IMG/VR virus record: IMGVR_UViG_3300032138_000013
Coordinates: 561 to 64,560 of that record
DNA: 64,000 nt
Direction: 5' to 3' (one strand)
DNA from: a virus
Taxonomy: Duplodnaviria; Caudoviricetes
In this document: piece by piece, positions 9,801 to 19,472 of the stretch
How the letters are laid out: the number at the start of each line of letters is the position of its first letter
Numbering within the stretch: the first letter of the stretch is position 1
The notes under the pieces: generated by a model
The model's input: the letters and a program-made list of their open reading frames with translations, nothing else
Databases searched by the model: none
What the model was told of the DNA's origin: nothing
Position numbers and translations under genes: made by a program

Positions 9801-10988
9801 ATGGCATACAAAAAATTTAAAAGCAACGATTTATTTTACAACACACTGGAAATGTATCCTGACTGCAACTTTGTTGTTTACGATAGTAGTATTTACTTAA
9901 ACAACCGGGGAGCCGTGACAGGAGCCTTTGTTAATAACGCTGGTGATGTCCCAACAGGTCACGTTAGTCTTTACGAACTAAACGTTGATCGTATCGATGG
10001 TAATAGAATTTATCCCCTCGTTAGCAAACAAGGAACACTAAGTTCTTTTAAAACAATAACTACATCAACATTTAATTCTGACTTTGCTTATGGTGATGAA
10101 ATCACCGGCTCTTACCCTTTATCAGCCAGTATCGTTCACGAGTTTTTTGCTTCAACCGCGACATCGAGAACCGCCTCGGCTAACCATTTGAACTCTTTAA
10201 AAAATACTTTAGAATACTATCAGCCAATGAGCAACCACTATGCCTTCAGCGGCGCTCTGGGAGACAAGGGCACCCAGAATGTTAATCTTATTAGTATACC
10301 CTCTATTATTTTTGGATCACAGGTTAAAAAGGGAACTGTAGACCTTAAATTTTATGTTAGCGGAACTCTCATTGGACAACTGCAAGATCAAAACCGCGAT
10401 GGCGAGCTTATCCAAGTTGGTCCTGTTGATAGCACAGGTTCAGGTTCGGTAGCTGGTGTTGTGCTTTATAACGAAGGCTTTGTTTTATTAACGGGCAGTT
10501 GGGAGTTAGCCAGCGGCGAATTCGCTGGCTTCCCCGGAGAAGCCTACACGGGTGCGGGAGTTGTAACACCAAAGTGGATTTACTTTGGAGCAGGGGCAAA
10601 CGATGGGATTGCTAAGGGCACCATGATTTCTTCCAGTTTTGGCTTAGATTTCAAGGGCACAACCAAGACACAAACGATTACAATGTTGGCTCACGCCCAA
10701 AAGGGTGAGCTTAATCACTCAAACAACCCAACATTTATAGAACATGGTCAAACGCTAACCCCGATTACTAGTAGCAAGGGTTATGTCGAGAAATCTGATA
10801 TAGCAATTAAAAACATTGTTTCTTCTTCTTATACGGATCCTGTCGCAGATTTTAAAAAAACAACATACATCTCTTCTATCGGAATTTATGACGAGAATAA
10901 AAACCTAATTGGTATTGCCAAGGTGGCTACACCAGTTAAAAAGACAGAAGATCGAGAATTTACATTCAAAATGAAATTGGATATATAG
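9801..10988 (+). CDS. Putative virion structural protein, paralog of 8092..9153
   Basis: Same C-terminal module as 8092..9153; late-type motif TCTAATTA at 9785. Confidence 0.6.
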   Translation: MAYKKFKSNDLFYNTLEMYPDCNFVVYDSSIYLNNRGAVTGAFVNNAGDVPTGHVSLYELNVDRIDGNRIYPLVSKQGTLSSFKTITTSTFNSDFAYGDEITGSYPLSASIVHEFFASTATSRTASANHLNSLKNTLEYYQPMSNHYAFSGALGDKGTQNVNLISIPSIIFGSQVKKGTVDLKFYVSGTLIGQLQDQNRDGELIQVGPVDSTGSGSVAGVVLYNEGFVLLTGSWELASGEFAGFPGEAYTGAGVVTPKWIYFGAGANDGIAKGTMISSSFGLDFKGTTKTQTITMLAHAQKGELNHSNNPTFIEHGQTLTPITSSKGYVEKSDIAIKNIVSSSYTDPVADFKKTTYISSIGIYDENKNLIGIAKVATPVKKTEDREFTFKMKLDI

Positions 10989-11518
10989 TGAAAATACTGG
11001 GACTTGATATAAGTTCCTCCAAGATAGGCATTGCACTTTTAGATAAAGAAGAAATAGTTATCAGCGAAGTGTTAAAATTTAAATCAAGCATGTCTTTGGA
11101 AGAACGCGCAGAAATATTTGAAAAGCGTATGCGACAAATAAACGATCATCATGTGGTCTACGATGTATTTGTGGAACAGCCCGCTATGATGTTTAGGGGC
11201 GGCAAGACAACAGCGTTCACAATGGCAACTCTCCAAAGATTTAACGGAATGACTTGTTATATAGCATATAAAGTTTTTGAAAGGGAGGCAGAGTTAGTCA
11301 ATCCGCTCTCAGCCCGTTCAGTTCTCGGCATTAAAGTTCCGAGGGGCATACCTCCAAAAGACAAAAAAAGATTTATAATTGAACGAATGGCTGAAAGGTT
11401 TGATGGTAGTTTTAAATATGAGATGACTCGGCAACAAAATCCTCAACCTGGAACTGATGACCGCGCAGACGCATTAGTTGTTGCTTTGGCTGGTCCTTTA
11501 ATATTTCACGAAGAATAA
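10988..11518 (+). CDS. ruvC: RuvC-like Holliday junction resolvase
   Basis: ILGLDISS (Asp1), VFVEQP (Glu), DDRADALVVA (two Asp): RuvC catalytic pattern; GTG start. Confidence 0.8.
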   Translation: MKILGLDISSSKIGIALLDKEEIVISEVLKFKSSMSLEERAEIFEKRMRQINDHHVVYDVFVEQPAMMFRGGKTTAFTMATLQRFNGMTCYIAYKVFEREAELVNPLSARSVLGIKVPRGIPPKDKKRFIIERMAERFDGSFKYEMTRQQNPQPGTDDRADALVVALAGPLIFHEE

Positions 11519-11525
11519 AAAATTC

Positions 11526-11554
11526 TTGACACTACAAGTTGCTTGTGTTATATT
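11526..11554 (+). promoter_or_regulatory. sigma70-type promoter for primase
   Basis: TTGACA (11526-31), 17 nt, TATATT (11549-54), with TG upstream of the -10. Confidence 0.8.
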
Positions 11555-12496
11555 ATGATAGTGTCAAAGAAGTTCAAAATAATCTCCGAGATCCTCGGCG
11601 ACAGCTATCGTTCAAATGACGAACACTTGTTTAGATGTCCATATTGCAAACATCACAACAATAAAATGTCCGTCAATATAGAAAAGAATCTTTTCAAGTG
11701 CTGGATTTGTGAAACAACTTCGCGAGATATCCGCCGACTTGTTCGCCGTTTTGGAGACTTTAATCAGTTACAAGAATGGGATAAACTAACAAACCGCATC
11801 AATATCAACGAGTTTGATGATTTGTTTGTGGAGGATAGCAAAGATCCAGATGCTCCAAAATATCTTGGAATGCCCACTGGATTTGTTTCTTTAAGCAATG
11901 AAAGTTCATTATCCGCCTTACCTGCCTTGAATTATCTTAAAAGGCGTGATATAATAGAGAAAGATATCTTGTACTGGAAGATGGGCTATTGTATGGATGG
12001 AAGGTATGCGAAGCGAATTGTGATTCCTTCGTTTGACGAGGATGGAGAGTTAAACTATTTTGTAGCACGAAGCTTTTCTTCTGATAATTTAAAATACCTT
12101 AATCCTCCGTGTTCAAAAGATGTTATATTTAATGAACTTTATTTGGAGTGGGACACAGACTTGGTTATAACAGAGGGTGTATTTGACGCTGTGGTCGCAG
12201 GACCAAACGCAGTGCCGCTACTTGGCTCAACCCTCCGACCAAATTCTAAACTATTTATGAAGATAGTTCAAAACGACACGCCAGTGTTTCTGGCACTTGA
12301 TCCAGACGCAGAAAAGAAAGAACAAAGAATTATAAAGCTTTTCTTGGGTTATGGATTGGAAGTATATAAAATAGATGTAGGCGGCTACGAGGACGTAGCT
12401 GAGATGGGAAAAGAAGAATTTTTGAGAAGAAAAGAAAAAGCTGTTCTGGTTCGAGAAACAGATTATCTACTTGAACAAGCAATAGCAAATATTTAA
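11555..12496 (+). CDS. dnaG: DNA primase (Zn finger plus TOPRIM); start may be GTG at 11561
   Basis: CPYCKHH...CWIC zinc finger; ITEGVFDA and LALDPDA TOPRIM motifs; YEDVAEM. Confidence 0.88.
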   Translation: MIVSKKFKIISEILGDSYRSNDEHLFRCPYCKHHNNKMSVNIEKNLFKCWICETTSRDIRRLVRRFGDFNQLQEWDKLTNRININEFDDLFVEDSKDPDAPKYLGMPTGFVSLSNESSLSALPALNYLKRRDIIEKDILYWKMGYCMDGRYAKRIVIPSFDEDGELNYFVARSFSSDNLKYLNPPCSKDVIFNELYLEWDTDLVITEGVFDAVVAGPNAVPLLGSTLRPNSKLFMKIVQNDTPVFLALDPDAEKKEQRIIKLFLGYGLEVYKIDVGGYEDVAEMGKEEFLRRKEKAVLVRETDYLLEQAIANI

Positions 12497-12508
12497 GAGG
12501 GGAAAAAC

Positions 12509-15500
12509 TTGAATAAAACATATCGTCTTGCCCATTTGGCTGACACACATATAAAAAATCTAAAATATCATTATGAATATCGGATCATTTTTGATCAACT
12601 ATATGATAAGCTGCGAAAAGAAAAGCCGGATTATATCGTTCATTGTGGTGATCTCGCTCACACGAAAACACAATTATCGCCAGAGTATTTTGAATTAGCG
12701 ACAAGTTTCATTAAAAATCTGGCAGACATTGCTCCACTGATAATGATACCGGGCAATCATGATGGCAATTTAAAAAATAGCAGCCGTCAAGATGCCATCA
12801 CACCCATCATACAAGCACTGGATCATTCAAATATCCATTTCTTTAAAAACTCTGGAGAATTCCACGCCACAGATGATCTGTGTTTTAATATCCTATCAGT
12901 ATTTGATGAAGACAACTGGATTGATCCAACTGATACAAACAAGATCAATATTGCCCTTTACCACGGCTCTATCTCCAACTGCAAGACAGATATTGGTTGG
13001 GTGATGGAACACGGGGAACACGAGCTTACCATTTTTAAGAAGTTTGATTTTGGGCTCTTGGGCGATATTCATAAAGCACAATCGCTTGATTTTGAAGGGC
13101 GAGTAAGATACCCAGGCTCTACTGTTCAGCAAAACCATGGTGAAACAAACGACAAGGGCTTTGGTGTTTGGGACATTCAAGATAAAAATAATTTTACTTA
13201 TCGTCATGTTGAGCTTCTTAACCCTAAGCCATTTGTCACCATTGAACTTACCCCGAAGGGAAAGATGCCAAAAGGGGCTCAAGTAGTTGAGGGCGCTCGT
13301 ATCCGCCTTGTTTCAAACAACAACCTACCGCTTGACAAGATGAAGCGAGCCGTTGACATTGCTAAACATCGGTTTCAACCTGAGTCAATTACTTTTCTTA
13401 ATCGTGCCACTGGCAAGAGAAGTAATCTTGAGCTATCTCAGGATGACTTTATCAAGGAGAACCTTCGTGATCTTTCTGTCCAAAAGCGACTTATTAAAGA
13501 ATACCTTAAAGAATACGAAGTTGAAGATGAAGTTCTTGACCGAGTATTGTCTTTAAACAAAAAATATAATACCGCAGTTGAAGAAAATGAGGAAGTTGCC
13601 CGAAATATTAACTGGGAGCTAAAGTCTTTTGAATTTGATAATCTATTCAATTATGGCGAAGATAATAAAATAGATTTTGAAAACCTTACAGGTATCGTCG
13701 GCATCTTTGGAAAGAACTACTCAGGTAAGTCTAGCATCATTGACGCTGCCCTCTATACGCTGTTTAACTCTACTTCAAAAAATGAAAGGAAGAACCTTAA
13801 CATTATTAATCAAAACAAGGACAGGGGGCAAGGTAGAGCATCTATTTGTATCGGTGATCGCCAATTTGTTATTGAACGCGAAAGCGAGAAGTATATTAAG
13901 AAATTAAAGGGAGAAGAAACCTTAGAAGCCAAGACAAATGTTGAATTCTACGAGGTTGACGCTGTTATGGATAAAGTTATAAGCCATAACGGATTATCCA
14001 GAAACGATACTGACACAAATATCCGAAAGATGCTTGGAACATTGGACGACTTTCTCCTTACTTCTATGGCTTCTCAGTTAGATTCTTTGGCTTTCATTAA
14101 AGAGGGTTCCGCCCGTCGCAAAGAAATACTTGCTAAGTTTCTTGATTTGGAAATCTTTGACAAAAAGTTCAAGATGGCGAAAGACGATGCTTCTGACTTA
14201 AGGGGCGCTCTGAAGCGGCTAGAAGGGCGTGAGTTTGAAACAGACATTGAGGACACAAGTATACAAATTAAAGAAAGCGAAGAAAGCATTGAGGAACACA
14301 AGCAACAATGCGAAACATATGAGAAACAAATTGAAGACAGCAGAAAATTATTAAACGAGATTGAAAATAAGATTACTTCTATTCCACTTGAAGTTATTGA
14401 CATTGAGGCTGTAAGAGATACACTTAAAACAAAGAAAAACAATACTTATATTTTATCAAAACGAAATGAAGAAGCCTCACGGGAAAAAAGTGATAATATT
14501 GAACTTGCCGCCAAGCTTTCTAACTTTTTAAAAGATTATGATATTGAAAAGTTACACACCAAAAAAGCACAAGTAAACAATAAAACTTCAGAATATGAAA
14601 CTTTGTTAAGTCTTCTTAAGAATAAAAACAAAGATGTTGATTCTTTTAGAAAGAAGGTCCAACTTCTTGAAGAAGTGCCATGCGGAGATAAGTTTCAGAC
14701 TTGTAAGTTTATATGTGACGCCCATAAGGCAAAAGATACTTTGCCAGATATGGTTAGCAATATCACAGAGATCCGACAACAAAGTGTTGGTATATTAGAA
14801 GAAATTGACAATCTTGACGTTGATAAATTAAATAACTATTTAGAAAAATACAGTCTTTTAGTTGAAAAACAAAAACAAGTTAAACAAGAAATATCTGTTT
14901 CAGAATTAGAAATAGAAAACAACTTATCGAAGATAGAGATATATCGTCACGAGATACAAGATATCGAGAGTGAAATTGAAGTATACGAAAGCAATCGCGA
15001 AACAATAGAGAACCTTGAACAACTTCTTTCAAAGCGGAATGAATATGCCGCCTTTATCAGTCGCACAGAAAAGAGTTGTGATAAATGTAAACAAGAATTA
15101 AATGACTTATATAAATCCCACGGCTCTTATGAACAGAAACTACAAAACTTATCTGAGCAAAAAGAAGAACTTCAGGATCTAAGGGAGGATTATTCTGCCT
15201 ATGATTTGTTTATGAGATGTATGCATAGTGGTGGGATTTCTTACGACATTATCAAAAAGAAGCTACCAGCCATTAATGAAGAGATTGCGAAGGTTCTGGC
15301 AAATATTGTTAACTTTGAAGTATTCTTTGAAGATGACGGCAAGCGACTGAATATTTATATTAAACATCCAAGTCACGAGCCTCGCTCAATTGAAATGGGA
15401 TCGGGTGCGGAGAAAACGATTGCCTCAATGGCAATCCGTCTTTCTTTATTATCAGTTAGCAATCTCCCTTCTCCAAACATTTTTGTCCTCGACGAGCCAG

Positions 15501-15670
15501 CGACGGCATTAGATGCTGAAAATATGGATGGATTTGTTCGCATATTAGATATGGTTAAAAACTATTTCAAGACTGTAATTTTAATTACGCATCTTGACTC
15601 ATTAAAAGATTGTGTTGATCACATCATTAATATTGACAAACAAGATGGCTTTGCATATGTCAACCAGTAG
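12509..15670 (+). CDS. Fused Mre11/SbcD nuclease and Rad50/SbcC ATPase (T4 gp47-gp46-like)
   Basis: ADTH, GDLAH, GNHD, GDIHK phosphoesterase motifs; GKNYSGKSS Walker A; coiled coil with central Cys residues (VPCGDKFQTCKFIC); SGAE signature; FVLDEP Walker B; ITH. Confidence 0.9.
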   Translation: MNKTYRLAHLADTHIKNLKYHYEYRIIFDQLYDKLRKEKPDYIVHCGDLAHTKTQLSPEYFELATSFIKNLADIAPLIMIPGNHDGNLKNSSRQDAITPIIQALDHSNIHFFKNSGEFHATDDLCFNILSVFDEDNWIDPTDTNKINIALYHGSISNCKTDIGWVMEHGEHELTIFKKFDFGLLGDIHKAQSLDFEGRVRYPGSTVQQNHGETNDKGFGVWDIQDKNNFTYRHVELLNPKPFVTIELTPKGKMPKGAQVVEGARIRLVSNNNLPLDKMKRAVDIAKHRFQPESITFLNRATGKRSNLELSQDDFIKENLRDLSVQKRLIKEYLKEYEVEDEVLDRVLSLNKKYNTAVEENEEVARNINWELKSFEFDNLFNYGEDNKIDFENLTGIVGIFGKNYSGKSSIIDAALYTLFNSTSKNERKNLNIINQNKDRGQGRASICIGDRQFVIERESEKYIKKLKGEETLEAKTNVEFYEVDAVMDKVISHNGLSRNDTDTNIRKMLGTLDDFLLTSMASQLDSLAFIKEGSARRKEILAKFLDLEIFDKKFKMAKDDASDLRGALKRLEGREFETDIEDTSIQIKESEESIEEHKQQCETYEKQIEDSRKLLNEIENKITSIPLEVIDIEAVRDTLKTKKNNTYILSKRNEEASREKSDNIELAAKLSNFLKDYDIEKLHTKKAQVNNKTSEYETLLSLLKNKNKDVDSFRKKVQLLEEVPCGDKFQTCKFICDAHKAKDTLPDMVSNITEIRQQSVGILEEIDNLDVDKLNNYLEKYSLLVEKQKQVKQEISVSELEIENNLSKIEIYRHEIQDIESEIEVYESNRETIENLEQLLSKRNEYAAFISRTEKSCDKCKQELNDLYKSHGSYEQKLQNLSEQKEELQDLREDYSAYDLFMRCMHSGGISYDIIKKKLPAINEEIAKVLANIVNFEVFFEDDGKRLNIYIKHPSHEPRSIEMGSGAEKTIASMAIRLSLLSVSNLPSPNIFVLDEPATALDAENMDGFVRILDMVKNYFKTVILITHLDSLKDCVDHIINIDKQDGFAYVNQ

Positions 15671-15923
15671 TTTAAAATATGTTATCCTGCCTTATGAGGG
15701 CAGTATAGAAAAACTGGTTGATGTTAGAAAAACAATCCCTCAAAACAAAATCAAGTATGAAGATATGCGTAAATTTCTTAATTATGTCTATTTATTAGAA
15801 GAGATTGCCTTGAGTGTTGGAGAACAAAATTACGACAAGGCAAACGAAGATTTAAAAAGTTTAAAAAATGGCGAGTTCGTAACTTTTAAAGCCACAATAA
15901 AAAAGGAAAATAAACATGAGTAA
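15657..15923 (+). CDS. Hypothetical protein
   Basis: ATG at 15657 overlaps the upstream gene end; stop overlaps the next gene start. Confidence 0.5.
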   Translation: MSTSSLKYVILPYEGSIEKLVDVRKTIPQNKIKYEDMRKFLNYVYLLEEIALSVGEQNYDKANEDLKSLKNGEFVTFKATIKKENKHE

Positions 15924-16107
15924 GCAAGCAGTATTGGACAAAGTAATGTCAAAGGCAATTTCTCGTAAATTGTTCACATTTTTAACGGCGACTGGGCTGA
16001 TGCTTTGGTCGGATTTATCATCAGATACATGGGGCATGATTGCAATGTGCTACATCGGCACACAAGGCGCGGTTGATATTATGAAAACGTATAGGCACGG
16101 CGGATAG
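15916..16107 (+). CDS. Small membrane protein, holin-like
   Basis: 63 aa with two hydrophobic segments and basic termini. Confidence 0.45.
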   Translation: MSKQAVLDKVMSKAISRKLFTFLTATGLMLWSDLSSDTWGMIAMCYIGTQGAVDIMKTYRHGG

Positions 16108-16512
16108 ATGACTTGGTTAACTATACTTCTACACTATAGAAAAGCCTTGGTTTGGTGTAAGCACCACTGGAAAATACTTGCTATTGCCCTTTGGACACTT
16201 ATAGTTTTTGTAATTGCTAGAAAAAATGTTGGAGCATATAAAAAGGTTCTTGACACTACAATTGACAGTTATAATAAAGAAGTTGAAGTTTTACAAAACT
16301 CGCATGATGCTGAATTAGAAAAAAGAAATGAAGTAATTCGTAAACATAGTGAATCAATTGATAGATTGGAAAAAGAATATTCTGGCTCAAAAGATGAATT
16401 AGATGTGCAAAAGCGTTCAAGATATCTTGAGCTTATCAGCTTATATAATTCAGATCCAGAGGGTGTCAATGAGATACTTGAAAGAGAGTTTGGTTTTAAG
16501 CATGTTGAATAA
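16108..16512 (+). CDS. N-anchored coiled-coil membrane protein, inner-spanin-like
   Basis: KILAIALWTLIVFVIA transmembrane segment then a charged heptad region. Confidence 0.4.
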   Translation: MTWLTILLHYRKALVWCKHHWKILAIALWTLIVFVIARKNVGAYKKVLDTTIDSYNKEVEVLQNSHDAELEKRNEVIRKHSESIDRLEKEYSGSKDELDVQKRSRYLELISLYNSDPEGVNEILEREFGFKHVE

Positions 16513-16957
16513 GCTAACGGCACAAATATTAAGCTTTACTTTACTTTTTCCTGCTACAATCTTTGCACAAGAAGTAGAAGAGCCAAAGTTTACACACTTA
16601 AAACAAGGTGAGTGTGCCCCATTTGATGGCACCCTTTTTAATCCACCGGCAACAGCACAGTTGATTACAGAGAACCGCTATGCTATGACAGAATGCGACC
16701 TAAGAGTCGAATATGAAATAAAGAAAACACAAGCAGAAATGAATTTACAATTAGAAACTCTTCAAATAAGTTATGAAGCTTTATCCGAAAAACACAATCT
16801 TTTAATGGATATCAAGAATAGCGAGATAAATACTTATAGAGAGATGGCTCTTGATCAGCCAAACAAAAACAACCATTGGTGGTTAGCGGGAGGAGTTGTT
16901 GTAGGAATCGGACTTTCTCTTGGAACTTTTTACGCCGCAGCCGAAATTTCAAAATGA
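16502..16957 (+). CDS. Exported coiled-coil protein with a C-terminal transmembrane anchor, spanin-like
   Basis: Signal peptide ending ATIFA-QE, two Cys, coiled coil, WWLAGGVVVGIGLSLGTFYAA anchor; overlaps the upstream gene. Confidence 0.45.
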   Translation: MLNKLTAQILSFTLLFPATIFAQEVEEPKFTHLKQGECAPFDGTLFNPPATAQLITENRYAMTECDLRVEYEIKKTQAEMNLQLETLQISYEALSEKHNLLMDIKNSEINTYREMALDQPNKNNHWWLAGGVVVGIGLSLGTFYAAAEISK

Positions 16958-17352
16958 GCAAAACAAATAAAGATCCAGATTACGCAATTAAGGTAGAAAA
17001 AGCAATTGCTGATAAATATGGCGTTGATACAATTCAACACCCAGCTAAAAACTGGAATCCACAAAAAGAAGAAAAATATTTGGAGCAAATCAAATTACTT
17101 AACCAAAAACTTGATAAAATATCAGAAAAACTTGAAAAAGTAGAAGTTCAGGGAGTTTTGATATCAAAAAAACTACTTAATAAAGATAGCAATAGGTCTT
17201 GTCCTGTGTGTAGCACATATTCTTTTGATACAAGAGACAATGTATACATGACAAAATATACTTGTTGTCGTAAATGTTACTTTCAATGGGTCGAAGGAAG
17301 AGAAGAACGTTGGACGACCGGATGGCGTCCCAACGAAGGAGAAAATAAATAA
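16954..17352 (+). CDS. Hypothetical Zn-finger protein
   Basis: CPVC...CCRKC; ATGA overlap with the upstream gene. Confidence 0.6.
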   Translation: MSKTNKDPDYAIKVEKAIADKYGVDTIQHPAKNWNPQKEEKYLEQIKLLNQKLDKISEKLEKVEVQGVLISKKLLNKDSNRSCPVCSTYSFDTRDNVYMTKYTCCRKCYFQWVEGREERWTTGWRPNEGENK

Positions 17353-17864
17353 TGGCTTCAGTTTTAGACATCGTTAGAGGAATTTCACAAGCAGCCGCAA
17401 ATGCTTATGATGGTTCACAGGACGAAAAATATTCTCTTGACGGAGAAGAAAGAAAGATCGGATTAAAAAGAGAAGAGGGCGATCCTATCACAGACTCTCG
17501 TGTTATCGATGGTTTTGGTACTCGTGTTAGCGGAAATGTTTTAACTATCAGTTATCAGAGCGATATCAAGTTGAAAGAAGTATATGCAGGTGATATCGAG
17601 GCAGATGTTGACGATATGATTGAAAACGTCGCTAGTTTCCTCAAGAAAGAATTTAAAAAAGTTACAGGTGACGCATTGTCGCTATCCGCCGAGGGCGATT
17701 GTCAAGTTATTGTTCAAAACACTTCCAACGTTCGTGCTTTTGTTAACGGCACAAAAAATTATAAGATTGGAAACTTGGATGGAGTTGTCGCTGTAGGCGA
17801 GCCGTCCGAAGATCGTTTAGATAAATCAATTCGTGACTTTCTTGCCCTTGGTAAAAGCAAGTGA
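17352..17864 (+). CDS. Hypothetical protein immediately upstream of the terminase
   Basis: Intact ORF, translationally coupled (TAATG). Confidence 0.6.
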   Translation: MASVLDIVRGISQAAANAYDGSQDEKYSLDGEERKIGLKREEGDPITDSRVIDGFGTRVSGNVLTISYQSDIKLKEVYAGDIEADVDDMIENVASFLKKEFKKVTGDALSLSAEGDCQVIVQNTSNVRAFVNGTKNYKIGNLDGVVAVGEPSEDRLDKSIRDFLALGKSK

Positions 17865-17871
17865 TGATTGG

Positions 17872-19467
17872 ATGTCGTTTGAACTCACTAAACAAGAAAT
17901 ATTAAAAGAGATATTAAAGAGCGGGAAAGATCCCGCTTACTTTATTAATAGTTATGCAAGAATTGCCCATCCGTTAGAGGGCTTGATTCCGTTTAAGCTA
18001 TATCCATTCCAGCAAGAACTGCTAAGAGATTTCAACGATCACCGATTTAATGTTATTCTTAAGGCACGACAGTTGGGTATCTCAACCACAACGGCTGCTT
18101 ATGTTGCGTGGATGATGATGTTTCATCGCAATAAGAATATTCTTGTTATTGCAACCAAGTTTCAGACAGCCGGAAACCTTGTAAAAAAGGTAAAACATAT
18201 TATTAAAAACCTGCCTCCTTGGATGCAAATAGCAAATATAACAATCGACAACAGAGCTTCCTTTGTTTTGTCAAATGGTTCCGAAATTAAAGCCTCCTCC
18301 ACATCGGGTGACGCCGGTCGTTCAGAAGCATTGTCCTTATTGGTTATCGATGAGGCTGCCCACGTTGAGGGGCTTGACGAGCTATGGACTGGTTTGTATC
18401 CTACACTATCAACAGGAGGTCGTTGTATTGCCCTCTCAACACCGAATGGTGTTGGAAACTGGTTCCACCAAACTTATGTGGACTCTGAAACAGATCAAAA
18501 TGATTTCTACCCCACAACTCTTAAATGGGATGTACACCCAGATAGAGGCTTAGAGTGGTTTGAGAAAGAAACCAAGAATATGTCTCGCAGACAGGTGGCG
18601 CAAGAGTTAGAATGTAACTTCAATATGTCCGGTGAAACATTAATTCACCCAGACGATCTTGATTGGATAGAGGCTATGGTGAAAGAGCCAATGTATCGCA
18701 CAGGCTTTGATCGCAACTTTTGGATTTGGGAAAAAGCAATAGAGGGTAACAACTATTTACTTTCAGCCGACGTTGCCCGAGGCGACGGCAAAGATAGTTC
18801 CACACTTCAAGTTTTAAAATTAGAAACAATGGAGGTGATTGCTGAATACCAAGGCAAACCGACTCCAGATGTGTTCGCTGATATGCTAAACAGTATTGGT
18901 AAAGAATATAACAATGGAATGATTGTTGTAGAAAATAACTCAGTTGGCTTCGCAGTATTAACAAAATTACGAGAACTGGGTTATAATAATATATACTTCT
19001 CAATCAAGTCTACTCACGAGTATGTTGAGCAAATCCAGGGAGAACATATGTCTAATGCCATTGCTGGATTTTCTACAACTTCAAAAACTCGTCCACTTAT
19101 CATAGCAAAAATGGAAGAATTCATTAGAAATAAACTAATTACCTTATATTCGTCAAGAACTCTTAATGAGTTTAAGACTTTTATTTGGAACAATGGTCGT
19201 CCAGAAGCTATGAGAAGTTATAATGATGACTTAACAATGGCTCTTGCGATCGGTTGCTGGGTAAGAGATACGGCGTTTGAGGCAGGCAAAATGGAACAAC
19301 AGTATAGAGAAGCATTTGTTAACTCTATGTTTGTAGCATCAACAAGGATCAATACTCAAATTAAGGGTCAAGAAGGTTTTGAAAATAATAAGAATGCAGA
19401 CCTCGAAGATGAGAGACGAAATGCAATCCAAACAGCAAATCAATTCGGCTGGCTTTACAAAGGATAA
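17872..19467 (+). CDS. terL: Terminase large subunit (T4 gp17-like)
   Basis: ILKARQLGIST Walker A; LLVIDEAA Walker B; STPNG; nuclease motifs SADVARG and NDDLTMA. Confidence 0.93.
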   Translation: MSFELTKQEILKEILKSGKDPAYFINSYARIAHPLEGLIPFKLYPFQQELLRDFNDHRFNVILKARQLGISTTTAAYVAWMMMFHRNKNILVIATKFQTAGNLVKKVKHIIKNLPPWMQIANITIDNRASFVLSNGSEIKASSTSGDAGRSEALSLLVIDEAAHVEGLDELWTGLYPTLSTGGRCIALSTPNGVGNWFHQTYVDSETDQNDFYPTTLKWDVHPDRGLEWFEKETKNMSRRQVAQELECNFNMSGETLIHPDDLDWIEAMVKEPMYRTGFDRNFWIWEKAIEGNNYLLSADVARGDGKDSSTLQVLKLETMEVIAEYQGKPTPDVFADMLNSIGKEYNNGMIVVENNSVGFAVLTKLRELGYNNIYFSIKSTHEYVEQIQGEHMSNAIAGFSTTSKTRPLIIAKMEEFIRNKLITLYSSRTLNEFKTFIWNNGRPEAMRSYNDDLTMALAIGCWVRDTAFEAGKMEQQYREAFVNSMFVASTRINTQIKGQEGFENNKNADLEDERRNAIQTANQFGWLYKG

Positions 19468-19472
19468 TATAA

